Assembly (NCBI GenBank): GCA_963663405.2
Contig: CAXXSM010000061.1
Location: 1-64,000, forward strand
DNA length: 64,000 nucleotides
Direction: 5' to 3'
From: a bacterium
Lineage (GTDB): Bacteria > Hinthialibacterota > Hinthialibacteria > Hinthialibacterales > Hinthialibacteraceae
A model generated the notes under the pieces. It saw only the letters and a program-made list of their open reading frames with translations. It made no database searches and was not told where the DNA came from. Positions 9,987 through 20,700 of the stretch are shown piece by piece (positions within the stretch are counted from its first letter, which is position 1; each line of letters opens with the position of its first letter). A program made the position numbers and the translations under genes.

Positions 9987-11339
9987 ATGAAATATTTTAT
10001 CCAATCCTTTGGCTGTCAGATGAACGTCTACGACGCGGGATCGATCGCGGGGCTTCTTGATGAGGCGGGCCATGAATCCACCGCCCACATGGAAGACGCG
10101 GAATTGATCTTGTTGAATACCTGCGCGATACGGGAAGGCGCCGAAACCCGTGTGCGTGGACGTATCGGCCAGTTGAAAAAATACAAAACACGAGGCTCGC
10201 TGAAATACCTAGGTGTCTGTGGCTGCATGGGTCAGAAAGAAGGGCGGCGGCTTACAGATTCCAATCCGCATCTCGATCTCGTCATGGGACCAGGCGCGAT
10301 TGGCTCCATCGCTCGATTAGTGGATGAATTGGAGCGGGGAAACCGGCCTGTCTTCGACCTGACTGGGATTGACGATGAGACCGATCAGGCATACCCCATC
10401 CTTAATGGAACCATCAGCTATCCCCGCTTTCTTTCGATTATGAAAGGCTGCGATAAAAAATGCACATATTGCATCGTACCTTACACTCGCGGCCCTGAAC
10501 GCTCGCGCGATCCTCAGATTATTTTGCAGGAAGCCGAGATGATTGTGCGCGCAGGGTATAAAGAGATTACGCTGATCGGCCAGACGGTGAATTCGTATCA
10601 GTACGGCGGTGTTTCATTTGCAAATTTGTTGGAACAGGTGGCGGGTATCAGTGGAATCAAGAGGATCCGATTCGCCACGTCGCATCCTGCAGACGCGTCG
10701 CCGGAAATGCTGGACGCGATCGCCCGGCTCGAACCGGTCTGCGAACAGCTTCACCTGCCCGTACAGTCCGGTTCGAATCACGTGCTGGAATTGATGGAGC
10801 GGAATATCACGCGGGAAGATTACATCGAACGCGCCCACTACTACAGAAACTTGTTCAACGATTCACCAATCCCACCTTCGTTGACCACCGATTTCATCGT
10901 CGGTTTTCCCGGTGAAACGGAAGAAGACTTCAAGCAGACACTGGACCTGGTTGAAACCCTCCAGTTTGACAGCGCCTTTATGTTTAAATATTCCCCCCGG
11001 CGCGGCACACCGGCGGCGGAGATGGACAATCAAGTCGATGAATGCGTCAAAGCGCAGCGGCTGGATCAACTCATCAAACTCCAGCATCGAATCGCCCAAG
11101 GACGCAATCACAAAACAATTGGTCAACGAGTGGAGGTAATGATCGAGAAGGTTCAATCCCATCCCAAAGAGGGAACGGTCTATGAAAGCCGGATGCGAAC
11201 GGGACGAATCGTTAAATTGATTAATCCGGAGGGAACCTATGGCGTGGGGGATATCATACACGTGGAGATCACGAATTGCTCGTCCTATACGCTGTATGGA
11301 ACACCGTCCAGGAATGGAGTGAGAACGGATGGAATATAA
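9987..11339 (+). CDS. miaB: tRNA-2-methylthio-N6-dimethylallyladenosine synthase
   Basis: FGCQMN, NTCAIRE, GCDKKCTYC radical SAM motif, IVGFPGET, FKYSPR, TRAM domain. Confidence 0.96.
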   Translation: MKYFIQSFGCQMNVYDAGSIAGLLDEAGHESTAHMEDAELILLNTCAIREGAETRVRGRIGQLKKYKTRGSLKYLGVCGCMGQKEGRRLTDSNPHLDLVMGPGAIGSIARLVDELERGNRPVFDLTGIDDETDQAYPILNGTISYPRFLSIMKGCDKKCTYCIVPYTRGPERSRDPQIILQEAEMIVRAGYKEITLIGQTVNSYQYGGVSFANLLEQVAGISGIKRIRFATSHPADASPEMLDAIARLEPVCEQLHLPVQSGSNHVLELMERNITREDYIERAHYYRNLFNDSPIPPSLTTDFIVGFPGETEEDFKQTLDLVETLQFDSAFMFKYSPRRGTPAAEMDNQVDECVKAQRLDQLIKLQHRIAQGRNHKTIGQRVEVMIEKVQSHPKEGTVYESRMRTGRIVKLINPEGTYGVGDIIHVEITNCSSYTLYGTPSRNGVRTDGI

Positions 11340-12186
11340 GACAAACATTTGTTTCTGTTTTTTTAAGCCGACAGCGTTACTCCTTCTTATAATCTTCTGC
11401 GCGTCTCAAGGATACGCGCAGATTCCCGGCGGATCGTATCCTACGCACGACCGGACGACCGAACAATCCTTGAATCAATTAAGAGATTTGATCCAACGAG
11501 GGGGAAGCCGGGCGGAGATCGAACAGCATCTCAGCCGGGTGATTCATAGTTCCGGTTATATTCCGCCATTGGCTGAGATGTATTATAAACTGGCGCAGAA
11601 CGAGACGGATGGAGAGACCATCGTCCAGTATTATAAAGTCTTGATCGAGAATTATTATAAATCCGCCTGGGCGCAAAAAGCGGTTATAGAACTGGTTCCC
11701 TTGATCCTGATGAGTGAACGAAAATTGGGGATGGAATGCGAGCGTTTAATCTGGCTGCGGCTGGAATATCTCCTCAAACCAGCGGCGGATGCGGCCGTCT
11801 CGCTGGGTGAATCACCCGAACTTTTACGGGCGGACGTTTTACTTCATTTGATCTATCTATCTCATTCCATTGGCGATACCGGCCGCGTGACGGCGCTGGC
11901 GAAAAAAGAGGGATTTACATTAACCCCAGACGCGAAAGCCACCATTGATTTGGCGGTGGGCTACTCCTTCTTAAGGACAGGAGATAAAGAAAAAGCAGGA
12001 AGCAGCCTACGGGAATGGTTGACCCAGTATTCTAATTCAGATTTACGTCCCTTCGCTCTTTTAGGATTGATTCACGCTTCTGAAACAGACACATCAAAAA
12101 GAACCTATCTTGAGAATCTGCTGAACGAATACCCCGATACACTAGAAGCGCTGATCGCCCGTGAGACGGTTTCACCGGGGAACTGA
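11329..12186 (+). CDS. Secreted TPR-like helical repeat protein
   Basis: Signal peptide; TPR-like segments (YKVLIENY, LLNEYPDT); overlaps the miaB stop. Confidence 0.6.
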   Translation: MEYKTNICFCFFKPTALLLLIIFCASQGYAQIPGGSYPTHDRTTEQSLNQLRDLIQRGGSRAEIEQHLSRVIHSSGYIPPLAEMYYKLAQNETDGETIVQYYKVLIENYYKSAWAQKAVIELVPLILMSERKLGMECERLIWLRLEYLLKPAADAAVSLGESPELLRADVLLHLIYLSHSIGDTGRVTALAKKEGFTLTPDAKATIDLAVGYSFLRTGDKEKAGSSLREWLTQYSNSDLRPFALLGLIHASETDTSKRTYLENLLNEYPDTLEALIARETVSPGN

Positions 12187-12279
12187 ACTGAAAAGATATG
12201 ACCAGTTTCAATGGAATTACCGGATGGCTTAATTGATTTGGGAATTGTATAATCGTTCCAGCAGGATTGCGCCGCTTCT

Positions 12280-12750
12280 TTATTCTGTAAGATTTTTTCG
12301 TTTTTTATCCATATACGCCATTCCATGTGTGCGGGGTTTTTCGTTTTCAATCTTTCGGCGGAAGCCTTCCAATAAGTTGGGATCGTACTGGCTGTTTTCG
12401 TTTTTCCGCTCTTCTAATAGTTCGCGAAGGGGGGCGCCGGCGGAAAAACCGTTCTCGTTGATCTCTTCTTGAATGGGAGGGGGGATGCGGACATTGTTCA
12501 ATGCGTTTTTATCCAGCCATTGCTTGTCGATCCAGCTCTGCAGAAATTTCACATTGACTTTGACCGCCCGAATCGGATCCACGGATTCTAAAATCTGGTT
12601 GGGAGGGCAATAATCCGATTCATAGCAATGAATAAAAGCGTAAACGGCCATTAAAAGATCAAGTTCTTTTTCTTCACAAACCGGACAGGTCAGATCTTTT
12701 TCGTCAATCTGATCGGCCTTACCGCAAATCGCGCACCGTTTTGTAGGCAT
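12280..12750 (-). CDS. YvyF/TIGR03826-like zinc-ribbon plus HTH protein (flagellar-associated family)
   Basis: CxxCGK...CPxC..E pattern followed by a helical HTH-like region (LQSWIDKQWL); GAGG RBS before ATG 12750. Confidence 0.6.
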   Translation of the reverse strand: MPTKRCAICGKADQIDEKDLTCPVCEEKELDLLMAVYAFIHCYESDYCPPNQILESVDPIRAVKVNVKFLQSWIDKQWLDKNALNNVRIPPPIQEEINENGFSAGAPLRELLEERKNENSQYDPNLLEGFRRKIENEKPRTHGMAYMDKKRKNLTE

Positions 12751-12868
12751 TTCGTCCTCTCGAACAATCTGTTTTCTATGAAAATGAGTCTCGAAAATAT
12801 ACAAGCATGTAAGGTGATTCGCGTCTAAATGACCTACCAATTTCGTGAATCATTCCCTACCGCGAGTC

Positions 12869-12916
12869 CCGCAACTCATTTTCATTTGCAGTTGTGATCT
12901 CAACCATGATGGTTTA
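12869..12916 (-). repeat. Dispersed ~49-bp motif, copy A
   Basis: Minus strand TAAACCATCATGGTTGAGATCACAACTGCAAATGAAAATGAGTTGCGG; aligns with copies at 30977 and 60034. Confidence 0.75.
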
Positions 12917-13095
12917 AAAGATCAAGCGGACAATGGCCTCCTTAAAGGCGCTACCCAACCACATTCTTTGAATTTTATCATAGAAAAGTACCAAAATTTA
13001 ATAGAGAACATTAAAATTTTACAATAATAAGGCAATAAATGGAATGGAGTATTCCAAATTTTTTCACTTATACGCTACAAAAAGAGAAAGAGAAT

Positions 13096-13142
13096 AAAAA
13101 CGCCCCGCCTTGAAAAGAATGAAATGATTCAAAGGCGGGGCG
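13096..13142 (-). terminator. Rho-independent terminator of the ECF operon
   Basis: CGCCCCGCCTT/AAGGCGGGGCG stem, with an A run on + that gives a U tract on -. Confidence 0.75.
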
Positions 13143-13184
13143 GAATGTTATATAAGGATCAAATTCTGATGATCTAAACGGTTT

Positions 13185-14732
13185 TTAACGGCGTCTTCCC
13201 CTGGATGAGGCTGTATTATCTTCCACTGTGGGGATTTCGCTGCCGCTCCAATCTCTTTCCGGGATTATAACCAGGGCGCCAGGGATGTATTTCCCATCCA
13301 CTTCACGGCTGTAACCGATGATAATGGGTTTGTCATATTTCCCATTGACGGAGTTATGAAGGATTATCTCATCACCCTCTATCAAACTAAATTCAAAAAG
13401 GAAAGCGCCTGTCATATTGGGGTGAGACTCAATCTCAATTTTCCAAGGTCCGATCGGCGCGCTGCATTCCCCCTCCGCGGCGGACAGGCCAAACCAATAG
13501 CCAATCGAGACAATGTTCTCTCCCAGCAATTTTTTTATTGTTGGGATGAGAGATTGTGGAATCGATGTTCCATCATACGTTTCTTCGGTTCCAATGCCCG
13601 TATCTTGAATATTCCCAGTGACGCCAAGCTGCGATGTTCTTCTTCCTCTCTGGTTTCCTGCGACTCCTGGCGCCGCTATGACTACCGGCGCGGGATTCGG
13701 TTGAACTAACTGTTCGCTTTGTAAAGACAATAATTGGGCTTTATCATTTGTCTTTCTTCTTAAGACTTCAATAAAAGCTAAACATGCTTCTTCATTCGTC
13801 CCCTCTCCTTCGATTTCAAGGATAATCAAACGGGAACCATTCTCTAAGATTGTTTTTTGGGAAGAATACCGAAGGATATGGAATACATCCATTTTGAGAG
13901 AAGAAATTAGATTGGGGATTTGAATGGAAGAATCCACATCTTCAATTTGAATATTTAAATTAAAACGATTTAAATAGTGCGGCGCGTTTTTTTTCTCCAA
14001 CGCATAGATTCGATAGGCGATGTTTTCTTGTTCTTCACTGAAATCCGGCTGTCTTGAACCGCGGCGATCGAGTGACTCAATTAAATTTCTAATGGTTTCA
14101 AGTTCGTCCTCGGTTCCTGTGACGATCAGGCTGTTTGTCCGTTCATCACCTGTTATTGTTCCAGGCGCGTCCGGTCTGATATCAGAAATGATTCCTTCAA
14201 GTTCCCTTGCGTTCGCCCATTGCAATGTGAAAATCTGTGTGATCAGTTTTGGTGGTTGTTCAATTAGGTCCCCTAATAGCGCTTGATCCTCCTTGAACAA
14301 TTTCTTTTCGTCTTGTTCTTCCAGTTTCTCGATCACATCCTGGATCAATCTATGATCTTCCCTGGAAGCGAGTACGACAAGTCCGTTCTTTGTGGCGAAC
14401 GTTTTAACACGTTCAATCCGTTCTCCATCCACTTCAAGCCATTTGTCATTGAACAGAAAGGCGATCACTTTTTGCATTTCATCTGTTGATACATTATGCA
14501 AGGTGTAGACGAACGCGATCAATTCAAGATCATCCGGCGCCGTGACGGTTTCACTGATGGATTCGATACCAAGGATAGGTAAAAGAGATTCACTCGCAGA
14601 CTCTAACGCGATCTCCAGCGTCGGCGCCTCTTCAGACGGCTCTACTAAAATCTCCTCTTGCGAAAACGAGGCGCCTCCCGCGAATAGAAGGGCGAATGCG
14701 AACAGTCCAATAAATATAAATCTTTTCTTCAT
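13185..14732 (-). CDS. Secreted protein with two secretin N-terminal (NolW-like) domains, lacking a full secretin barrel
   Basis: Signal peptide; IFTLQWANARELEGII...DERTNSLIVTGTEDELETIRNLIESLD is a classic Secretin_N repeat, with a second divergent one upstream. Confidence 0.7.
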   Translation of the reverse strand: MKKRFIFIGLFAFALLFAGGASFSQEEILVEPSEEAPTLEIALESASESLLPILGIESISETVTAPDDLELIAFVYTLHNVSTDEMQKVIAFLFNDKWLEVDGERIERVKTFATKNGLVVLASREDHRLIQDVIEKLEEQDEKKLFKEDQALLGDLIEQPPKLITQIFTLQWANARELEGIISDIRPDAPGTITGDERTNSLIVTGTEDELETIRNLIESLDRRGSRQPDFSEEQENIAYRIYALEKKNAPHYLNRFNLNIQIEDVDSSIQIPNLISSLKMDVFHILRYSSQKTILENGSRLIILEIEGEGTNEEACLAFIEVLRRKTNDKAQLLSLQSEQLVQPNPAPVVIAAPGVAGNQRGRRTSQLGVTGNIQDTGIGTEETYDGTSIPQSLIPTIKKLLGENIVSIGYWFGLSAAEGECSAPIGPWKIEIESHPNMTGAFLFEFSLIEGDEIILHNSVNGKYDKPIIIGYSREVDGKYIPGALVIIPERDWSGSEIPTVEDNTASSRGRRR

Positions 14733-14769
14733 GATATAATTCTCCTTTTTTCTTTGTGATTCGTGAATG

Positions 14770-15318
14770 TTATAGATTTAAAACGATTTGAATGGTCCCA
14801 CCTTCAGTTGTTCCGTAGAGCACGGGGTGGGATCGATTGTGTTCGTCCCGATTTCGTTCCAGCACGATGACCGGATTTTCGATATCGGGATAGAACGAAT
14901 CTACAAATTCTCCGGATATGGTTTGGGTGAATCCATGACTCTCATACTGAAGGGGCGGGCGCGCCTGCGCGCTTGGAACAAGGTCCAGCGCGCCGCTGAT
15001 CGACAGGAGAGTAAGGAGAATTCCACAGAAAACGCCCACTCCAAATGTCCATACCGGTTTTCGAAACCAGGAAGCGATTTGAAACCAGTGTGGTCTCGAG
15101 CGATCCCAAGCATAGTCAAACATCTCCACCCGCTCATCGGGAAGAAGCGCCGGCGCCGGGCTCTGTTTCACTCTCCGCAGAATCGATCCGATCTCATCGT
15201 ATTCGAGACGGCATTCCTCGCAAAATTGAAGATGAGAGGATTCGGGGAAATCTTCTCCGTCCGCTTGTTTATAAAAGAGTTCGATCAATTCTTCTGACGT
15301 TAAGTGTTCTTTACACAT
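14770..15318 (-). CDS. Zinc-binding (ZAS) membrane anti-sigma factor
   Basis: H...HLQFCEEC (HxxxCxxC) motif and one TM helix; overlaps the ECF sigma gene. Confidence 0.8.
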   Translation of the reverse strand: MCKEHLTSEELIELFYKQADGEDFPESSHLQFCEECRLEYDEIGSILRRVKQSPAPALLPDERVEMFDYAWDRSRPHWFQIASWFRKPVWTFGVGVFCGILLTLLSISGALDLVPSAQARPPLQYESHGFTQTISGEFVDSFYPDIENPVIVLERNRDEHNRSHPVLYGTTEGGTIQIVLNL

Positions 15319-15896
15319 GATCCTGCTTCCCAATGTTGAAAGAATGGAGAGAGACGTTTGCGCAGCGCCAACGCCGCACGGTGGACGTGCGTCTTGACCG
15401 TGCCTTCGGTGCATTCCAGCATTTCGGCGATGACCGCGTACGGTTGATCTTCGAAATGCCGCAGAATAAACGCCGCCCGTTGCAGCGCGCTCAATCGATC
15501 CAGCGCGGCGAGAATCGCGGCTTCGATTTTTTCTTCATCCATGATGTTTCGGATCGAATCCACGTGTGGATCAGGCGCCTCCAGGAAGGTTTCCTCCATC
15601 GGCGCCGCGCGCCGCCGGGCGCGTTTTCTCGCCGTGTCAATCGCAGAGCGGACCGCGATGGTGGAAATCCAGGCGCGGAAAGAACTTCCGGCTTGGTATC
15701 GCTTCTGGTACCGGAATACTTTCAACCAGACATCCTGCGCGCAGTCCTTGGCGAGGACGCGGTCCAATACAATCCGGCAGCTGATGCGAAACACAAGATC
15801 CGCATAGCGGTGGTAGAGATGAGCGGCGGCGGTCTCATCTCCCCGGAACGCCGCCTGAATGAGGATTTCGTCTGAGACGATCGTTTCTTCCCGCAT
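15300..15896 (-). CDS. ECF (sigma-70 group 4) RNA polymerase sigma factor
   Basis: Region 2 (AKDCAQDVWLKV...FRAWISTIA) and region 4 (YAVIAEMLECTEGTVKTHVHRA). Confidence 0.93.
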   Translation of the reverse strand: MREETIVSDEILIQAAFRGDETAAAHLYHRYADLVFRISCRIVLDRVLAKDCAQDVWLKVFRYQKRYQAGSSFRAWISTIAVRSAIDTARKRARRRAAPMEETFLEAPDPHVDSIRNIMDEEKIEAAILAALDRLSALQRAAFILRHFEDQPYAVIAEMLECTEGTVKTHVHRAALALRKRLSPFFQHWEAGSCVKNT

Positions 15897-16106
15897 GATC
15901 CTTTCACTATACGAATAACGCCGGGGCGCCTAAAAAGTGTACATCAAAATGAAAGAAAGAATTGCTAGCCTATTCTGCGTGACATAGATCCGGAAAGATA
16001 GAAAAAAATACTTGACAAATACACTGGATTGAAAGAACAATATAACAGTCTTTCCAAAATTGATATTCTTTTATATTTTTGACTTTTATATACTTGGTTG
16101 AGGGAT

Positions 16107-16586
16107 ATGATGAATTTTCGAGTGGATAATTATGTCCGGCGTTTTTCTCGTCCGGCCGCATTGTTTATTTTTCTGTTCTTCATTAATGGATGCGGAATGT
16201 TTAAAATTGTTCGTGTTCCGATTCCTGTGCCCGTTTTTGGATTAGGCGGAAAAGAGAAAACGGAAACAGCCGCCGACCGGAAAGTGCAAAGCGGGGGAGA
16301 AGCCACCGGCAAGGCGACCTGGTACGGTCCGAAATTTCATGGAAAATCCACGGCCAGTGGAGAGCGGTTCGATATGTATAAACTGACCGCCGCCCATCGC
16401 ACACTGCCATTTGGAACGAAAGTCCGCGTGACCAACCTAAAGAATAATAAAAGCGTGATTGTGAGAGTGAACGATCGAGGACCGTGGGGAAATAAGAATC
16501 TCATTATCGACCTCTCCCGCGCCGCCGCCCGTAAAATCGATTCCGAAAGAGACGGCGTTGTGCCGGTTAAAATCAAGGTCCTCTGA
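16107..16586 (+). CDS. rlpA: RlpA-family lytic transglycosylase lipoprotein (DPBB only), paralog 1
   Basis: Lipobox INGC; GKATWYGPKFHG, TAAHRTLPFGT, VNDRGP, IIDLSRAAA. Start position uncertain. Confidence 0.88.
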   Translation: MMNFRVDNYVRRFSRPAALFIFLFFINGCGMFKIVRVPIPVPVFGLGGKEKTETAADRKVQSGGEATGKATWYGPKFHGKSTASGERFDMYKLTAAHRTLPFGTKVRVTNLKNNKSVIVRVNDRGPWGNKNLIIDLSRAAARKIDSERDGVVPVKIKVL

Positions 16587-16743
16587 TCTACCGATATAAA
16601 GAGGTGAAATAAAATATCACTGTGGAAGATACCACTGTGGAAAAACTCATATGATCCTTTACACTTGATAATGAAAGAATATATTCATCATTCGTGTCAC
16701 CAAAGACATATGAAACATTAACGCCAATTCGTTGAGGGTAATA

Positions 16744-17232
16744 ATGAATGTTGGAAAGGATTCATCCTCCCGCTTTTATTTGAAACTGGTTTGTTTGTCA
16801 ATGATACTTTTACTGTCCACGGGATGTTCAACCGTGAAAGTCGTCCGGATTCCCATCCCGATTCCCACCTTTGGATTGGGCGCACAGAAGAAACTCGATA
16901 CAACCCCGACACAAACGGACGAAAAAATCATCGAACAAGGCATGGCCGAAGGCGTCGCGTCCTGGTATGGCCCAAAATTTCATGGCCGATGCACGTCCAA
17001 CGGCGAGCTGTTCGACATGTATAAATTGACCGCCGCCCATCGCACATTGCCATTTGGAACAAGAGTCCGGGTCACGAATATTGAGAACAACAAAAGTATC
17101 ATTGTCCGCATTAACGATCGTGGCCCTTGGGTCAAGAAGAAGGAACGCATCATCGATCTCTCCCGCGCCGCCGCCCGCGAACTCGGATTTGAACATAAAG
17201 GGGTTGCCAAAGTACGGATTCAGATTCTCTAA
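16744..17232 (+). CDS. rlpA: RlpA-family lytic transglycosylase lipoprotein (DPBB only), paralog 2
   Basis: Lipobox STGC; GVASWYGPKFHG, TAAHRTLPFGT, INDRGP. Start position uncertain. Confidence 0.88.
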   Translation: MNVGKDSSSRFYLKLVCLSMILLLSTGCSTVKVVRIPIPIPTFGLGAQKKLDTTPTQTDEKIIEQGMAEGVASWYGPKFHGRCTSNGELFDMYKLTAAHRTLPFGTRVRVTNIENNKSIIVRINDRGPWVKKKERIIDLSRAAARELGFEHKGVAKVRIQIL

Positions 17233-17309
17233 TTTTCCCTGGATGATATATAGATTCCTTTCTCCAGCGCCGGATTTTTGAGCGCTGTGGAGATATACTG
17301 TTTAGTATT

Positions 17310-17681
17310 ATGAGCCAGTTCGTAGAAATCTTTTTAGTGGATGAAGAAGGGATTCTACTGCGGGCGTTCATCAAGAAGACGTTTTTTTTCTATGATGGGG
17401 ATCCGGAGGAGGACAGTTCGCCATTAGTGACAGCGTTAAAAGAATATTATCTAAATGACGCGCCTCCGTCTTTATTGTGTAAAGGCTTTGATACGCCGGG
17501 AGGGATTCTGATTTGGAAGAGTGAACTCGCCTCTACTTATGGAGACGATAATTGTGTCGAAATCGGCGAACGGCTTTATCTCGTTGACGCGGCTGGGGAA
17601 CGGATCTGGGATGAATACGCCTATGAGGCGCTGGCGAACGGGACGCTGCCCGTTGGTTGGAAGTCTATTAAAAGATCCTAA
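17310..17681 (+). CDS. Hypothetical protein
   Basis: 123-aa acidic ORF filling an intergenic gap. Confidence 0.55.
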   Translation: MSQFVEIFLVDEEGILLRAFIKKTFFFYDGDPEEDSSPLVTALKEYYLNDAPPSLLCKGFDTPGGILIWKSELASTYGDDNCVEIGERLYLVDAAGERIWDEYAYEALANGTLPVGWKSIKRS

Positions 17682-17774
17682 AAAGTCTTCTTGTTCCTGT
17701 ACAATTTCATCTCCTGATTCTTTCGGACATAATTCCCCTTTAATTCCTCTATTCAGAAACACTCATCGCGCACT

Positions 17775-20700
17775 ATGCGTGAATCCATAATCCCATTATC
17801 ATGCGGAATATTCAAAACTCAGTCTTGCAAAACAGCGATGGAGGATGGCGCTGAATCGATGAATGTATTAAGAACCATTTTGAAAGTCATTGGCTTAATT
17901 TACTGCTTACTCTTCACTATCCCTTTCGCGGCGCATTCAGAGGAAATAAAATCGCGTCTACTCGACGCCGATGTTTCCGTTGTAAAAAACACGCCAAGTG
18001 AGATTATTCTTCAATGGAAACCAAAATCGATTCCCGCTGAATCGGATCACCGCGCGCTTCTTTTCGCGCCGGGACCTATCGCCAAGGCGACATGTATCGT
18101 TCAATCGATTGTTTGGCGGAATGAAGCGGGGGAAGAACGCGTTCAAGAAGAAGATGTCACATCCGCGACAACCCAGCGGAAAATTGCGCGAAGCAGCCCC
18201 TATTTGTTTGAATCCGGTATTCTGGATGGCGCCCGAATCGCCGCGCTCCGGTGGAATACAGATTTGTTGGATGAAACAAACTGGGAAAACACAGAGGATC
18301 CCCGATCTCCCGTTGTCACGATACAAATTCAATTCAACGAAACCGATCCCGATGCCTTTGAAGGTTTCCCGAAGGATATCGATCCTATCGCGAAGGCTCT
18401 TTTTTTGAATTATCCACCATTGCTTTCTACTGAAAGGAATTCAAGTCATAATACATTTCCGGCTTATCTCTCTTCCCCTGGCCTGAAAGTCATCACACGT
18501 GACGAAGGGATCATCGATCTTCCCGCGAGCCGTGTTTTGCCTGCGCTTGGGACTGGAATCACTCTAGATTCCATCGCTCTGTTCCGGGATCGAAAGAAGA
18601 TTCCTTGCCAACTGATCGATTCCTCTGGAAAAACTAAAACGGAGGGGATAGTAAAGGCGGGGGATATGATCCGTTTTTACACTCCCGTTTCTTCCTCTCC
18701 CTATTCTCCGGAAGTTGTGACGTGGATTTCAAAGTCACCCGGCGACAATCTTGCAATTCGGTCTCTCTCTCCCGTTTCCGGCAAGAGGGAAACACCGGTT
18801 GTAGATAGAGAAATACGGCTTGAAGAAGACCGTGTCTTTATCACGGAGAAGGATAAAAATGAAAAACAGAGTTTCTATTGGATGTGGCACGATTTTATCC
18901 AAGACGGGACGAAGTCGATCGAATTCTCCCTTCACGATTCAATTCTTTCCTCAACTTCGAGTCTTGAAATCATCATCGGGACGCAGGGTTCGTCGTTTAT
19001 TCATTTAGCTACGGATTCAATGACCGCGATATTGAATGACCGTGAAATTCCTTCTGTTGTTAATCGATCGACCGCTGGTTTTTACTCAGTGGAAGCCTCC
19101 CTTTCGCCTGATGTTTTGAAGGAGGGGACAAATCGTATCGAAATCAACGTATCTTATTTGAAAAAAAACTCCGATTCTACACGGGCGATCTATCTCGATC
19201 GAGTGACGATTCGATATTCCTGCCATGCGCGTCCTTCGAATGAGCCTTATTTGCTCTCACCTCCGAACGAGTCGATCGTCATCCCGTCCGATACTTCTTT
19301 CGCATATGTGATACGCAACAAAGGCGCTTCTTTGAATGATATCTGGTACGCGGATGGGAAAATCAACGCCGCCACATTGCCCGATGGGGAGAGTGATTGG
19401 AAGATTTACTATTTACCCAACGGACCGCGTGTGAATTCCGTTACGGTAACGCCTGTACTTGATATATCAAGACGCAGTATCAATTTTTCCGATGACCGGC
19501 AGGTGGATGTGATACTGATCGCGCCGCGCGCATGGGAACCGGTGATTCGGGCGCACATCAGTTCATTGCGGCGGTTAGGGTATACAGCGCGGTTCACCGC
19601 TGTAGAAGATCTGTATGATTGTTTTGGAGACGGCCGGTTATCCCCCTATGCGATTCGCGATTTTCTGCGCTTTGCGTACCATCATTGGCGGCGTCCACGG
19701 CCATCGTATGTGCTGTTGATCGGTGACGCGACGTGGGATTATTGGGGACGCTATGAGAATGGAGTCGTCAATTACATCCCCGCCTTCCGGGAACATAACC
19801 TCTATGCGGTTGAAGATTGGTTTGTTCGATGCGATGGGGATGAGGATACCCTTCCCGACATGATAATCGGCCGTTGGCCCGTACGCTCTACAGAGGAATT
19901 GCGGAGACTTATTGCAAAAACCATCCAGTACAAAGAATCGCCGCGCGTGGATGAAGGATATAACCGGGTTTTCCTGCTGACGGATAATGGAAACGAATTT
20001 GAGCGTTATTCTGACGATCTGGCGGAGAATTGGATACCCAAGGAATTCCGTTTGCTGCGGCGGCATATCGCCGATTATCCACTGATCGACAATATTTATC
20101 TCCCCGCCCGGCTGCGAGCCTCACGCCGGGCGAAGACGAGTCTGGAGGCGACTGAGGATATTATCCGCATTCTCAATCAAGGCGTGTTCCTCTGGGAGTT
20201 TTTTGGGCATGGCGCCCCAAACGTGATTGGAGAACACCGGATGTTTTTCGGTGGTGGCTCGAAATTCTCTGATGTTCTACGGCTGCAAAACAATCGGGTT
20301 CTGCCGATTCTTTGGGCGTTCACCTGTGAGACGGCGAAATTTGATTATCCAAGGGATAAATGGAATATATCGATCGGCGAAGACCTATTAACAACGCCCA
20401 ACGGCGGCGCCATCGCATTGATCGGCGCGACCGGCCGCGGGTATCCCCGCGATCATCATTTCCTTGCGCAGGGGATGCATGAGGCGGCTTTTCATTACCA
20501 TTTGCCATCGATTGGTCAGCAGACGCTCGCGGCGAATCTTATGGGATTGGCGCGGCAGAATGTATTTGAACCGAAAAATCAATTTGCGATTCTTGGCGAT
20601 CCTACGCTGGCGATACCCCAGTTTGTCTCCATCCCCGGTCAGGCAGAGAGGACGGAGGAAGGATTAGCCTATCATTGGACTCTGCCGGAAGAAATAAAAG

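Noticed and set aside
12871-12889. Fur box reading of GCAAATGAAAATGAGTTGC
   Set aside because: Only 12/19 match to the Fur consensus, similarity between copies extends over ~49 bp, and one copy lies between convergent genes. Not fully excluded.
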